Assembly (NCBI GenBank): GCA_003971905.1
Contig: RSEE01000019.1
Span: 62,001-126,000 of the forward strand
DNA: 64,000 nucleotides
Reading direction: 5' to 3'
From: Moniliella sp. 'wahieum'
Taxonomy: Eukaryota
The position numbers and the translations under genes are program-made. Positions 11,878 to 22,442 of this stretch are shown one piece after another; position 1 is the stretch's first letter, and every line of letters starts with the position of its first letter. The notes beneath the pieces were generated by a model. The model made no database searches. It saw only the letters and a list, made by a program, of their open reading frames with translations, and was not told the origin of the DNA.

Positions 11878-13608
11878 AAGCATCAAGCTGGGGCGAAGCC
11901 CCAGCTGACCGGGCCGTAGGCCCGGTGGTCTTCTAGTAAGTAACAAAGCAGACGATTCCTACTTATATCGATATCAAAGCGAAAGAAGCTGAGAGGAAGG
12001 CCTACCTGCAATAATGCTTTTACTGGATCGGTTCATTGAGCCTCTTATTTATTGGGCTCAGTCGTCAGAACGAAAGGATGGCGCGATTGGGAAACGAGGG
12101 AGGATGGAAGGTAGCATGGAGAGCCTGCAACATGAAATAGCAGAATGCATTAAGCGGCGAGAGCCGAGGCGGCTCGATGGCCGAGGCCCGATGCCCGGAG
12201 CCCGAAGCCCGCCGCTCTTCCATGCCCGAAAAGATAACCAAGTGGGTCAAACAAATGGAGGTGTGGATGTGCCACACACACGATTATGAACATGGAACCC
12301 AACGGCAAATTTAACGTTTTGTGGGAAATGTATTAAAGCTTAAAGGTTACAAAGTTGCCCTTTCCTCTTCTGGATCAATACCAATGACCTCTATTTGCAT
12401 TGCCAGAGCCTCGTGATGCAGTGACGAATGAATGTCAAACGGCATCGTTGGTGGTGTGGATCCATCACCTATAATGCGTCGACACCCCTAGCGGCTGGGA
12501 TCGAACGCTACCCCAGTGCATCCACGTTCCATGCTGGAAGTATCATAGTGCGGTCAATCCACACAGAGTTTGCTGAGTTCAGAAAGGGGGCTTGTGGCCC
12601 CTGATGATGCTGTTCAGCTGTGGAGCCGATGAGAAGCTGGAAACTGAGGGCGTGCCAACGTTGAACCTGACAAACTAAGAATTCGAGGTGCGGTCCGAGG
12701 GGTCCAGCCTCAGACCACGATGCCCACCATGCCATCGTGGTCGTTGCCTCTCCAAGTGTTTTGGTCAGTGAAGCTCCGGAAGAAGCTTGAAGCACCCAGC
12801 ATGCGCCGCATATCCAAACAATAGCAAGGGATACTGGCCACGATGGTCTTATCTCTGCCCTGGGTTTTACCTAGGCGCCACAGTTCAAGATGATGGTGGT
12901 GGTGGGTGGTGATGCAATGATGGGGCATGGCTACAATGACGCGAATGTGGTTTTTGCTGGTGGGGCCAATCGATCATCCACCATACATAAATGATCATCG
13001 ATTGTCTCGCTACACAGGCACAGTGGCTGTTGTCCCCTTGGAACCGTGAGCGACAGGTGGTAGGGTTATTTGCAGTGCCGCAGAATGGCACTATCCTGCT
13101 CCTACCACCCTCTACACTGCCGCTGTGCCTGGCGCCCTACATCAGTGCATCATAGCGTCCCCGCTCATGAGCATGACCTCTATAGAGTTAGTATCAGTTT
13201 GGCATTATTTTTTTGCGGGTTACCACCCTAGCTATCCTATACCCTCGGATCGAATCCGCAATCAGTCCAGAATGGCAATACCGTTTGCCAGTTTGCCCTC
13301 ATTTGCTTGATCGACATGGTTCTGAGATCGGTTCTCTCGCTTCATATCATCGATGATAATATAGATCATCTCGTTAGCGTCTCGTATCGGATACCATCTC
13401 CCTAGTGCAGCTGACCCACCCGTGTCTCTTCGCTGAGTCGCATTGATATCAAAGAGAGGTATATAACGTGCTCTTGTGGTCATCATCGTGCCCTCTCCAT
13501 CCACATCCACCTCTCCTTCCTTGTTTCTGGCCAAGCGTCCCTCTTCCTCTCGCACTCTTTTCTTTCCCTCTCTTCCCTTGAACTCCTTCTCTCTCGCACA
13601 CTCCTACA

Positions 13609-14352
13609 ATGGGTCTCCTTCACGTTCCTAGCTGGGCCGACTATGGCAACCACGAGTACCGTCAAGACCAATACTCATACGGTGTCAAAGCGGCCGCGGC
13701 AGGAGCCTTGAGTGGTGTCGGCTTGACCGTGCCCCTTCTTCTCGCCGCACGTCGGGCGGTGCCGGCTGTGCGCAAGATGCACTCGAGCGTGACCTGCTCC
13801 TTGATCGTATCGGCGGCCATCTTCGGTGGGGTATTTGCGGCCGACAAGGGTGGTCTGCGCTTTGGGCGGATGAACCGGTCGGACCACGGCCATGCCGTTC
13901 TGTCCCAATCGCAGCTTCGCCAAAACGAGATTTGGCGTGAGCTTTCTCCTCGTCAAAAGGCCCTCACTTTCCTGAAGGACAACAAAGTGGCTGTTGTCGC
14001 TACTGGGTACGTTTTTCCCTCCATCACGGTCATTCCTTTCTTTGCTAAGGAATATCTCGACCCGCAGTTGAAAAAGCCAATACTAACCTTCCCCTATCCT
14101 TTCCCCAGCGGCATTACTTCTCTTGCCCTCTTCTTCCTGTATCTCCAGCGTCAACCGATGTCAGCTTGGCAGAAGCTGGTTCAGGCACGTGTATGGGCGC
14201 AGGGGGTGACGGTTACTAGCGCCCTTGGCATGGCCGGTCTTTGTTCGGTGTCCACCCGGGTGACGAACTGGAGAAGGTGCGGAACCAGGCGGAACGTGAC
14301 TCTTGGTTGTCGCTCCTCAATGTTCAGGGAGTGGAGAACTACACATCTGTAA
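13609..14352 (+). CDS. RCF2: Respiratory supercomplex factor 2 (HIG1-domain mitochondrial membrane protein)
   Basis: N-terminal TM pair, FLKDNK, intron ~14007-14109, HIG1 signature QPMSAWQKLVQARVWAQGVTV. Confidence 0.82.
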   Translation: MGLLHVPSWADYGNHEYRQDQYSYGVKAAAAGALSGVGLTVPLLLAARRAVPAVRKMHSSVTCSLIVSAAIFGGVFAADKGGLRFGRMNRSDHGHAVLSQSQLRQNEIWRELSPRQKALTFLKDNKVAVVATGYVFPSITVIPFFAKEYLDPQLKKPILTFPYPFPSGITSLALFFLYLQRQPMSAWQKLVQARVWAQGVTVTSALGMAGLCSVSTRVTNWRRCGTRRNVTLGCRSSMFREWRTTHL

Positions 14353-14770
14353 CGAAGTAAAGCGAGATAATGAAGCTTGACTGGACTTGTGCCATCCTTC
14401 CAACCTGGTCTCTCTGCCGTGATGGACCGTGCGAAAGGATGGTCACCCAGAGCGGACGATTGAACTTGATGAATTTCCCGACCAATACGATCACTGAAAA
14501 TTGTGGCACAATCGAGTCCGTGTGACACGTTAGAACGAGTGGAAGCGTGACCTGGATTAGTCGGATACGTCTCTTCGTCAATGTAGTTTTACCTCTTTTA
14601 TCTGCAAACAGGAGGGTCTGACGGTTTGACAAGTATAGCTCGTCCTTTCCATACATTAGTCTGACTGGCTGGAGCATCTACTGCGACCCTTGCCAACATT
14701 AACGCCATCGGAACAGAACGTGGACCATACAATCGGATCAGCGTAACTGGCCCCGGAGCGGGCTTAGGCC

Positions 14771-16132
14771 TTAGGCACTTGGCTGCTCTTCTGCACTTCG
14801 TTTTTCGCCTGTAGCAGGCGCCTTGCCATTCGTATCAGGCATCGAGGGCGACGCCGACGCCTTGCCCGAGTCCACAGGCTTAGTGTCCGTCTTCCGCCGT
14901 TTGACGCGAGACGACAGATCGTTAACTGGCCCAGCAGGAGCAGCGGGTGCAAAGGGTGTACCAGAAGCGCTGCCTCCCGTAGCCGAGTTGGTCGAAGCGC
15001 CCAAAAAGGCTTCTTGGATGGTCTTTTGGAGCGCCTCCTTGCTTCCTAAGGGAAATGCATCCGAAGAGGACGTCTCGGCCTTGGTCTCGGAGAGTTTGAG
15101 CTCCAGGTCGCCCAGAAGCTCCACCACCTCCTGCAATTCGGCTTGAACTTTGGGCAAGGTACCAAGAGGAACAATATCATCGAAACGTTGGGTGGACTGG
15201 GGCACATTCCCCTCATTGGCCTTGAGCTTCTCTGCAAACGCTTCTACCTCAACTTTGCGTAGCTGAAGGGCATCGATTGCCCCCTTGACCAACTCGGTGG
15301 CCTTGGCACGCGCGGCCACGTCAGGGTGGTACTCGAGTGCCAATGCGGTGCGCAGACGGCCATCGGCGACGCGGCGGTGATATTTGGGGAGACCAAGCTT
15401 GGTAGCGTCCTCCACCACATCCAGACTCGCCTCATAATCCGATGCGGCTTGAGTAAAGTTCTCCATTTCGAGCCCGAGGTCGCCCAGGTCGGAGAGCACA
15501 TCGCTCAGCTCGAGCCATACATCCTTCTGATCAAGATGTTTGCCATCGTACGTGATCAGTGTCGGGCCAGATGAGGAAGAGGATGCAGCCAACAGTTTGT
15601 TGTACGCGACGCGAGCCATATCAAGAGCCCCAAAGGCCAACCCCAAATCATCTTGCTCCTCGTCCTCGTCCTCAGGTTCGGCAGCTTGCTCGTCCCCTTC
15701 CTCTTCTTCCTCGTAATCACCCCCAAAGTGAAAGCGGCCGCCATTGGCCGAGGAACCATCGACCGCCTTGCTCACTGCGGCAGCTGTGGGGGGCGGGGCA
15801 CCGCCCAACGCACCCGAGTTGGCAATGGCCAGTTGCATCAAAGCACGGCCATACTTATGAAGGATGGGCGCCAAGTTGGGCGAGTTGGGTCCATAAACCG
15901 GACCGTCCGACGCGGTGCTCTTTCCCTTTCCCTTGCCCTTAACCGAAGCCGGAGCGGGCGGGTCCACTTGGCCCTCGAGAATCTCGAGTACCTCGGCCAA
16001 TTTGTCCGCGGCGGCCTCCCAGTGCTTGAGGCCAAGTTCGCGGCAGCCCTCATTGTACAGTTGCCGAGTGGGCGACGGGGGAGGCACGTCCGCGTCGGGC
16101 ATGGTGGCAGTAGCAGTGGCGGTGGCGGGCAT
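14771..16132 (-). CDS. NASP/Sim3/Hif1-family histone H3/CENP-A chaperone (SHNi-TPR)
   Basis: Intact 453-aa ORF: YGRALMQLAI, acidic insertion, DDLGLAFGALDMAR, LGDLGLEMENFTQAASDYEASL, HRRVADGRLRTALALE, VNDLSSRVKRRK NLS. Confidence 0.9.
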   Translation of the reverse strand: MPATATATATMPDADVPPPSPTRQLYNEGCRELGLKHWEAAADKLAEVLEILEGQVDPPAPASVKGKGKGKSTASDGPVYGPNSPNLAPILHKYGRALMQLAIANSGALGGAPPPTAAAVSKAVDGSSANGGRFHFGGDYEEEEEGDEQAAEPEDEDEEQDDLGLAFGALDMARVAYNKLLAASSSSSGPTLITYDGKHLDQKDVWLELSDVLSDLGDLGLEMENFTQAASDYEASLDVVEDATKLGLPKYHRRVADGRLRTALALEYHPDVAARAKATELVKGAIDALQLRKVEVEAFAEKLKANEGNVPQSTQRFDDIVPLGTLPKVQAELQEVVELLGDLELKLSETKAETSSSDAFPLGSKEALQKTIQEAFLGASTNSATGGSASGTPFAPAAPAGPVNDLSSRVKRRKTDTKPVDSGKASASPSMPDTNGKAPATGEKRSAEEQPSA

Positions 16133-16160
16133 GGTGATGGGAGGGGAACGACAAGCGAGG

Positions 16161-16323
16161 TTTTTCGCGTGGGCTGCGGGATCTCATTTCCAATTTCGCA
16201 AACCACGCGACGTGGATGGGTGAGCGCGTGAGCGTGACGCATGAGCTCTCGTGAGCAGTAGGGTTGGCGCCCCCGTTGGGTCGCGCTGCCACATGTTAGG
16301 GTTAGCCTCCCCGCGTCGCGTCC
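16161..16323. promoter_or_regulatory. Compact bidirectional promoter with clustered CGCG (MCB/SCB-like) and AACCCT boxes
   Basis: TTTTTCGCGT (16161), ACGCGA (16205), CGCGT (~16225), CGCGTCGCGT (~16312); TAGGGTT at ~16259 and ~16297. Confidence 0.55.
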
Positions 16324-16371
16324 ACATGAGCAAGCAATGGGGCGGTTGAGCCCATCCCAGCGCAACCAACC

Positions 16372-18024
16372 ATGCGCAACATCCCTCTCGGCGGCCCTGT
16401 CAAGGGTGTGTCCCGCAACAAGGGAAAGAGCAAGGCCACCGCTTCGGCATCGGAAGCACCTTCCCGTGCCCGTTCTCGCCGCCCGGCTGTCCAGGCCTTC
16501 GTCGACGATGAGGCCGACTCGGGTGCTGAGCAGGCCAGTTCCAGCGGCAGCGGCAGCGACACGGGCAGCGCGTGGGGTGAAAGCGACGAAGGAGGATCAG
16601 AATCTTCCGATGGTGATGTTGCTCGCCCACGTAGGCGCGTCTCTGCTGCTGAGAAAGATGCGGCGAGCGACCTGAGCTTTTCGGAGGACGACGACCAAAG
16701 TCACACTTCGGACGACGACTTCGCCCCACGCGACACGTTTTCCCTGGCCACTGGCAAGGCGCGTGGCAAAAAGCGGGTGAGAGGATGGCCAGGCCCCAAG
16801 TGGCAGCTCAAGCGCTGGCGCCGCGTTGTCCCGGAGGAGCGTGATGCGGTGACTGGGGAGGGGGGCCTGGTTTGGCGCGAGGCGCGACACATTCTCAATG
16901 AGCACTCGCGCCGCGAACAAGATGTTCTCAAAGCTCTTCTGCAACAGGCTTTGGCCAAAACGGATGCTGCTCTGGCCAAGGAACGCATTCCCCGGGAGCC
17001 ACGACTTCCCTCGGCCGTCGTCTCGGCTGCGGCCGGAGGGTGGGGAGCCGCGACAAGCGCAGCTGTGGCTGGTGGGGGGGAGAGTAGCTTGGTCGCCTGG
17101 AAGATGGAGGAGCAAGGGGACCTAGCGGGCCTGTTTGATGGCGACGAAGAGCGCGATGATAAGGTCAATGGCTTTGATGGTGAAATTGCCGACATGGAAC
17201 GAGTTCTTCTCCCTGAGGCGGAGCAGACGGCCCATCTCTTTGCCGCCCGCGAACAGCAAGACCAAGTGATTGCTCGTCTTAAAGCTGTACGAGATAAGCT
17301 TCGGAAAGAACTGAACGATACTCCGTCGAGTTCAGGGCCTAGTGTACGTACTTTCTCTCGTCGTATTATAAGACGCAATCCTGACATCTATTCCTTCAGG
17401 TATACCGCCAACTATACCCCACGGCCCTCTCGGGCGCGGTTACTCAGGAAGATGAGGAAAATCGGGAAGAAATCAGCGACGATGCCGTGGCAGCTGCGAC
17501 ACAGGAGGCCGTCGATGCTGGTGTCGAGATTGAGGAGGACGAGGAGTCGGAGGGTCTGCGCAAGGAGCGCCCTTCGTCCCCGGCACCGGAGGCTGAAGAC
17601 CCTAGTTCGACCAGGACGGATCCCGACGTTGCACCAAGGACATCGCAATCCCCCCCGAACGTCCAAGACACCCCGCGCCAGGCAGAGCAGAGGTACCTCT
17701 CATTCAAGAAGGATGTCTGGATCGCAACCACGTGGGTTGCAGAGCGCTAGGTCAGACCGCTCCCACCGCCTAACCGCTGTGGACGGAAGTCTGACGAGTC
17801 CGTTAGGTCAACGGTCTACACGCAGCACGGCTCCCGTTTCCCATTTACCTGAAGGTCCGGCGGGACATCCGTCGGATAACGGCAGTCAACAAGGATCTCC
17901 GACCGGATCTTCCCCTGCACAGGGAGAGACGCCAGGACCATTAGAGGGATCAGGTATGGCCAGCTTCTTCTCTTCCGTCGCCGGGCGCGTCCGTGGTGCG
18001 TTCAATGCTACGGCCGAGAGTTGA
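16372..18024 (+). CDS. Acidic/basic low-complexity protein with central coiled coil, possibly CENP-Q/Okp1-like
   Basis: Long ORF with probable intron ~17344-17399; coiled segment IADMERVLLPEAEQTAHLFAAREQQDQVIARLKAVRDKL. The family call is a guess. Confidence 0.5.
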   Translation: MRNIPLGGPVKGVSRNKGKSKATASASEAPSRARSRRPAVQAFVDDEADSGAEQASSSGSGSDTGSAWGESDEGGSESSDGDVARPRRRVSAAEKDAASDLSFSEDDDQSHTSDDDFAPRDTFSLATGKARGKKRVRGWPGPKWQLKRWRRVVPEERDAVTGEGGLVWREARHILNEHSRREQDVLKALLQQALAKTDAALAKERIPREPRLPSAVVSAAAGGWGAATSAAVAGGGESSLVAWKMEEQGDLAGLFDGDEERDDKVNGFDGEIADMERVLLPEAEQTAHLFAAREQQDQVIARLKAVRDKLRKELNDTPSSSGPSVRTFSRRIIRRNPDIYSFRYTANYTPRPSRARLLRKMRKIGKKSATMPWQLRHRRPSMLVSRLRRTRSRRVCARSALRPRHRRLKTLVRPGRIPTLHQGHRNPPRTSKTPRARQSRGTSHSRRMSGSQPRGLQSARSDRSHRLTAVDGSLTSPLGQRSTRSTAPVSHLPEGPAGHPSDNGSQQGSPTGSSPAQGETPGPLEGSGMASFFSSVAGRVRGAFNATAES

Positions 18025-18688
18025 GCGCGTGGAGGTATATGCGCCTAGAGGAGAGCCTGGCTCTGTATGAGCGCAACAACTTCTATTGCCTGTATGTTAG
18101 TAGTATTCCTTGTTGCCTTGGTGTTTTGTTTCTGTGGTGCCGTCGGTTGCATAGGATACGACAGTGGATTGTGGCAGGGCCGGAATCGTCGCAGTGTTTC
18201 GCTCATCTCCCCTGGTTGAAAGTCTGATGATCCAGCATGGGGTTGAGCTGCTCTCCCCCCCCTCAGGGCCAGTGGTGCCAGCAAGACTGCTTCCGGCAGG
18301 CAAGTCACGCTGGCCGCGTCCAGCGACGCGCAGACTCGCAATCTCCTTCAAGGGGGGCACGCGGTGGGCATGCTGGAATACTCCCTGGGTGGGCTAGGTC
18401 GGTATACCATCACGTGATGATGGGTTGCTCGTTGCTAGTCGGCTTGACCAAGGGACACTGCTAGGGTTAGGCTGGCGGGACATGACGCAATTGAAATTGC
18501 CATTGAATTGTGATTTGAAATTGAAAGTCGGGCTCTTTTGATTTCGCCCGTGTTCGATATTTCTTTTCGAGCATCTTCGCCCAGCTTCGCGAATCAACCA
18601 ACGGCAGGGGCCAAAGACTGAATTTAAAGGACCCCTTTCTCGTCTCGCTCCCTCCTTGATCTTATCCTCCATCTCCTTACCATCCACC

Positions 18689-19990
18689 ATGACCAGCTCC
18701 ACTGCCGACCAGCTTCTCAAGTGGGGCATTGCCAACAGCTCGTCTGATGCACACCAGTCCATCGCTGCATTGGGCGAGGACATCCAGTCCGGCAAGCGCG
18801 CCGATTTGGCTGATCCTGGCCTGTACCAGAAGCTGATGGGCAAATCCGAAGCCGACATGATGAAGGAGCAGCTCACTGTGGCTGTTGATACGGGCGCAGC
18901 GTAGAGGACCGTGCTACGGCCTTGGACAACTTTGAAATGGTACGTCTTCCCCAAATCTGTGCGTCCCAAGATGCACCCTGCTAACACCCTTCTCTTTTAG
19001 CTCGCCGAGTCGATTGACAATGCCAACTTGATGGAGAACATGCAAATGTGGCCCGTCTTCCTCAAACTGTGTCCGATCCATCGGTAGACATCCAAATCGG
19101 AGCCGCTTGGAACGTCGGGACGGCTGTGCAAAATAATGATAAGGCACAAATGGTGGTGCTGCGTCACGGTTTCCTCCCTGCCCTTCTCAACTTGCTGAGC
19201 ACAGTCCCTCCTCTGCGGTCCGAAGTAAGGTGGCCTATGCCCTTAGTGGGCTCCTCAAGAACAACCCAGCTGCTATCCGTGCTCTGGATGAACCAAGCTC
19301 TTCGAACGAGTCTGGGTGGGTGACTTTGGCCAAGGCATTGCAAGACCCTTCGATCAGCTCCGGCGCAAGATTACGTTTTTGGTGTACAATCTGCTCCTTC
19401 AAGACGTCGAGCCCCATGAAGAGGAACCTTTGCCTGCTCCGTTTTCTCCTGCACCTGCTCCAACTTCAGCCACGACCACGTCCGGTCCTGCCAGCACCAG
19501 CACTGCTGTCACTGTGACTTCCCATGCCTCCTCTCCTGCTCCATCTGTGGATGCGGCTGCCCCGTTGGAGCAAGGGCCCGCCACAGCTGGTGTTGCCTAC
19601 CCCGATGTACCCCTTCGTCTGGCGAAGGCGGGCGTGTTCAAGTTTTGGCGAGCAGCCTCCTTCCTCAAGGGGGTGATGCCAACCTCCCTGCCGGCGCCTA
19701 CCAGGCAGTAACGGACGTTGGGCCCGATGCAGACCAAGAGCCGCGGTTGGACGTGGACTATGCCGAAAAGGCTGTTCGAACGTTGGCCACTCTGAGTCAA
19801 AATGTGGCCCAGCGCAAGTCCCAAACGATGCGGGAGTGATTGGTTCGACGCATTTTACCAAGTCCCTTCTGTTTCGTCCTTGGTGTCCTCGCTCAGCCTG
19901 CGCCGGGCGGAAGCGAACCATGGCACCAAGCTTTGGGAATCGAGCCTGAGGAGTGGGCCGCGTTCCAAAAAACGTACCGGCATTGTAAGC
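18689..19990 (+). CDS. FES1: Hsp70 nucleotide exchange factor Fes1 (frameshifted)
   Basis: DQLLKWGIANS, EADMMKE, ALDNFEM / intron ~18940-19000 / ESIDNANLMENMQMWP, AAWNVGTAVQNNDKAQ, AYALSGLLKNN. Confidence 0.92.
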
Positions 19991-20489
19991 AGACCTCATG
20001 CATCATGTTCTACCAACTTTTGTGCAATATCAATGTTTTCCGTACTTTGATTACACCGGAATCCGTAGCTTCTGCCTTCGGATGGCTCTGTCCAATGCTT
20101 AATGCCCCCGCAAGCAAGAAGAGGTGAAACGTTGGCTCTCGTAACGATGAAGACATTCGCCTTGGCTTCTGCGCTCATGCGGCTGAAATGGGGTATCAAA
20201 CTCATGTTGTCCCGACTATATATAGACTCGCTACTGCCATAGCTGAGTATCGACGTCATACTGTGCATCCACGCATCTGCCCTCAAAGGATGATGAAACG
20301 AGGCATGGAAACTACAAAAAACGAGGGTGTCTGCGGGACGGCAGAGGCCTGAAGCTTGAAGAGGGAAAAGAGCCCAGAGCAACGCCTCGGGGATAAAGAT
20401 GCGCTATGAGGGGTAAGGTGCAAGCTGCCCAAAAGGCATTGGCAGGGCATGCAACAATAGATGGATTACACGACACTCCCGTGAGCAGC

Positions 20490-20890
20490 TTAGTTGGAAA
20501 CCGAGCTGAGGAGGTCCGAGTCACCAGCGTCCGTCACGGCAAGAACGCTTCACAAGTTGATAAGTTAGTGGCCGGGTATCGTGGAGGAAAGGAGGTAGGC
20601 AGGACACGTACCCGACACGGAAAAGCTTGCCAGAGGCGGTGCCAAGAGCAACGTTCGAGCCCTGGTAGTGGTGCACCAGCGTCTTGGACAGCATGGCGTA
20701 GTACTCCAGCTCCGACTTGCGCAGCGGGGGGTGTTGGCCGAGATGAGGACGAGCTTGGCCTTGCCGTTCCGCAGGTCTTGAGCGTGCTGGAGTAGCCAAG
20801 CTGGACCTTGCCCGACTTCATGACAAGTTGCAGCTTGCCATTGATGTTCTCCTGCGTCGAGGTCTTCTTCTTGTTGCTCACAGGCGCCAT
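20490..20890 (-). CDS. RPL30: 60S ribosomal protein eL30
   Basis: [57 protein letters not shown], intron, [18 protein letters not shown]; 5'UTR intron ~20897-21040. Confidence 0.96.
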
Positions 20891-21578
20891 CTTGGACTGC
20901 AGATCCCATCGACGTCAGTATCTCCCACCCCTGTAAGCGGCATCCAAAGTGATCTGCTTGGCCAGGAAAGGCGCATGACGACCCGCCTGGGAGCTAGACC
21001 ACACCGAGATAGACCTCACTCTCAGGACCACGGTACTCACAAGGTGTCACAAAGTCGTCGGTGAGGACGAACAGGACGGCCGTGGCAGCGATGTTTGGCT
21101 ATGCCGGCTGCTTCAGGGGCAACAGGGTTACAACAAGGCATCGGGTACACTGGCGAGGTGCACATCCGCCGCAGCACATGGCGCAGACGATTATGCAACT
21201 GGCGCCATGCCATAACGAAAGTTTATTTTACACTAGGGTTATATCTTCTCCCTAGCAGCAACCCTACCTTCTCGCCTCGGCGTCTCCTGGCAGCAGCCCA
21301 AACGTCTGTCAGCAGCACCATCGAGCGTCACTCCAAGTAGCAAGGTGAGCTTCCCCCCCCAGACGAGTTTGCGTGCCGGCTAGCCCCTGCGTGACCTTCC
21401 CGCGGCTTCTGGCTTCACTTCGAATCGCCTGGACCGCTCGTGCTATCGCCCTGGTCTGTTGCGACCCATGGACGTCGCGTTGTCGTGTCCACTGGGCCTG
21501 TAGGCGCTGGGGGCCTGGGCTACTGCGCATGCAAGTGCTCGAAGCAATTTTCTGACCTGCTTGAACCTCCCAGACAAA

Positions 21579-21843
21579 ATGACCGCGGTACTACTTCCTT
21601 CGGTCTGCGCCACATCAAGGCGCACACTCTGTGCCGCCGGTGCGGCAAGCGCTCGTTCCACAAGCAGCACAAGGAGTGCGCTTCGTGCGGCTACCCCTCG
21701 GCCAAGACCCGCTCCTACCAGTGGGGCCAGAAGGCCATCCGGAGGCGTACGACCGGCACGGGCCGTATGCGCTACCTGAAGACGGTGCCCCCGCAAGGCC
21801 AAGAACGGATTCCGCACCGGTGCCCCCAAGGCGCTCGGCCTAA
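21579..21843 (+). CDS. RPL37: 60S ribosomal protein eL37
   Basis: [65 protein letters not shown]; 5'UTR intron ~21346-21573. Confidence 0.96.
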
Positions 21844-22442
21844 TCCCCTCGGGCAGGCAGTGGCAATGTTATGGCGTTGGCTAGTCCCTCATCCTCTAGT
21901 GAGATGTGGGTACTGAAGCTTGTCTGTCCCTTTTCCCAAAGAGGGACGGTTCACGTCGTATTGCCCTTTGTTCCTCGTCCACCTCATGTGGATATCCCGA
22001 TTGAAAACATCCCGCTGGCCCAGCAGCGCTTTGCAGCCGTTTTGCTTCGCTGTGGTTACGCTCCTATGCTCTTCCCAATCCGTGGACGCACATGGCGGCC
22101 AGATGCATGCCATCCTTTCCCCCATCTCTATCCTTGTTAGCTTCTCTGAGATAGGAAGGTCCTTCATAACTCCTTGGTCGCCGGCGGTTTGTAGATCCAG
22201 GTTCGGATGAATGCTGCTATAGACCAAGAGACTTTCGTCAGCAACTCACCCTGTCTAGACAGCAAATGTATGTATTAGCACCATCAGTGTACTTCAAACC
22301 CCAGGAACTAGGCCCAGTGGAGAGCAGGACGCAATTATTATATGGCGGTCTCAGTCTAATACTGTTCCCAAGTAGTAGTCTGGAGCAACCTACACAAAGG
22401 GGCACCAACATGCTGATGTAGTAGATTTATCAGATTCAAACA

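Larger units (their letters stand above)
11106..11936 (+). mobile_element. Putative non-autonomous Helitron-like element (3' end clear, 5' end tentative)
   Basis: GC-rich hairpin ACCGGGCC-GTA-GGCCCGGT (11908-11926) lies 6 nt before CTAG|T (11933-11937). Second hairpin at 11886-11906, internal GGTGG satellite, candidate A|TC 5' junction at 11105/11106. Confidence 0.6.

Noticed and set aside
12014..13310. Short ORFs right of the Helitron-like end
   Set aside because: No motifs or consistent frame; may be degenerate sequence but cannot be supported.
18551..18594. Heat-shock element upstream of FES1 (TTCGCGAA plus scattered TTC)
   Set aside because: Only two correctly spaced nGAAn units; plausible but too weak to call.
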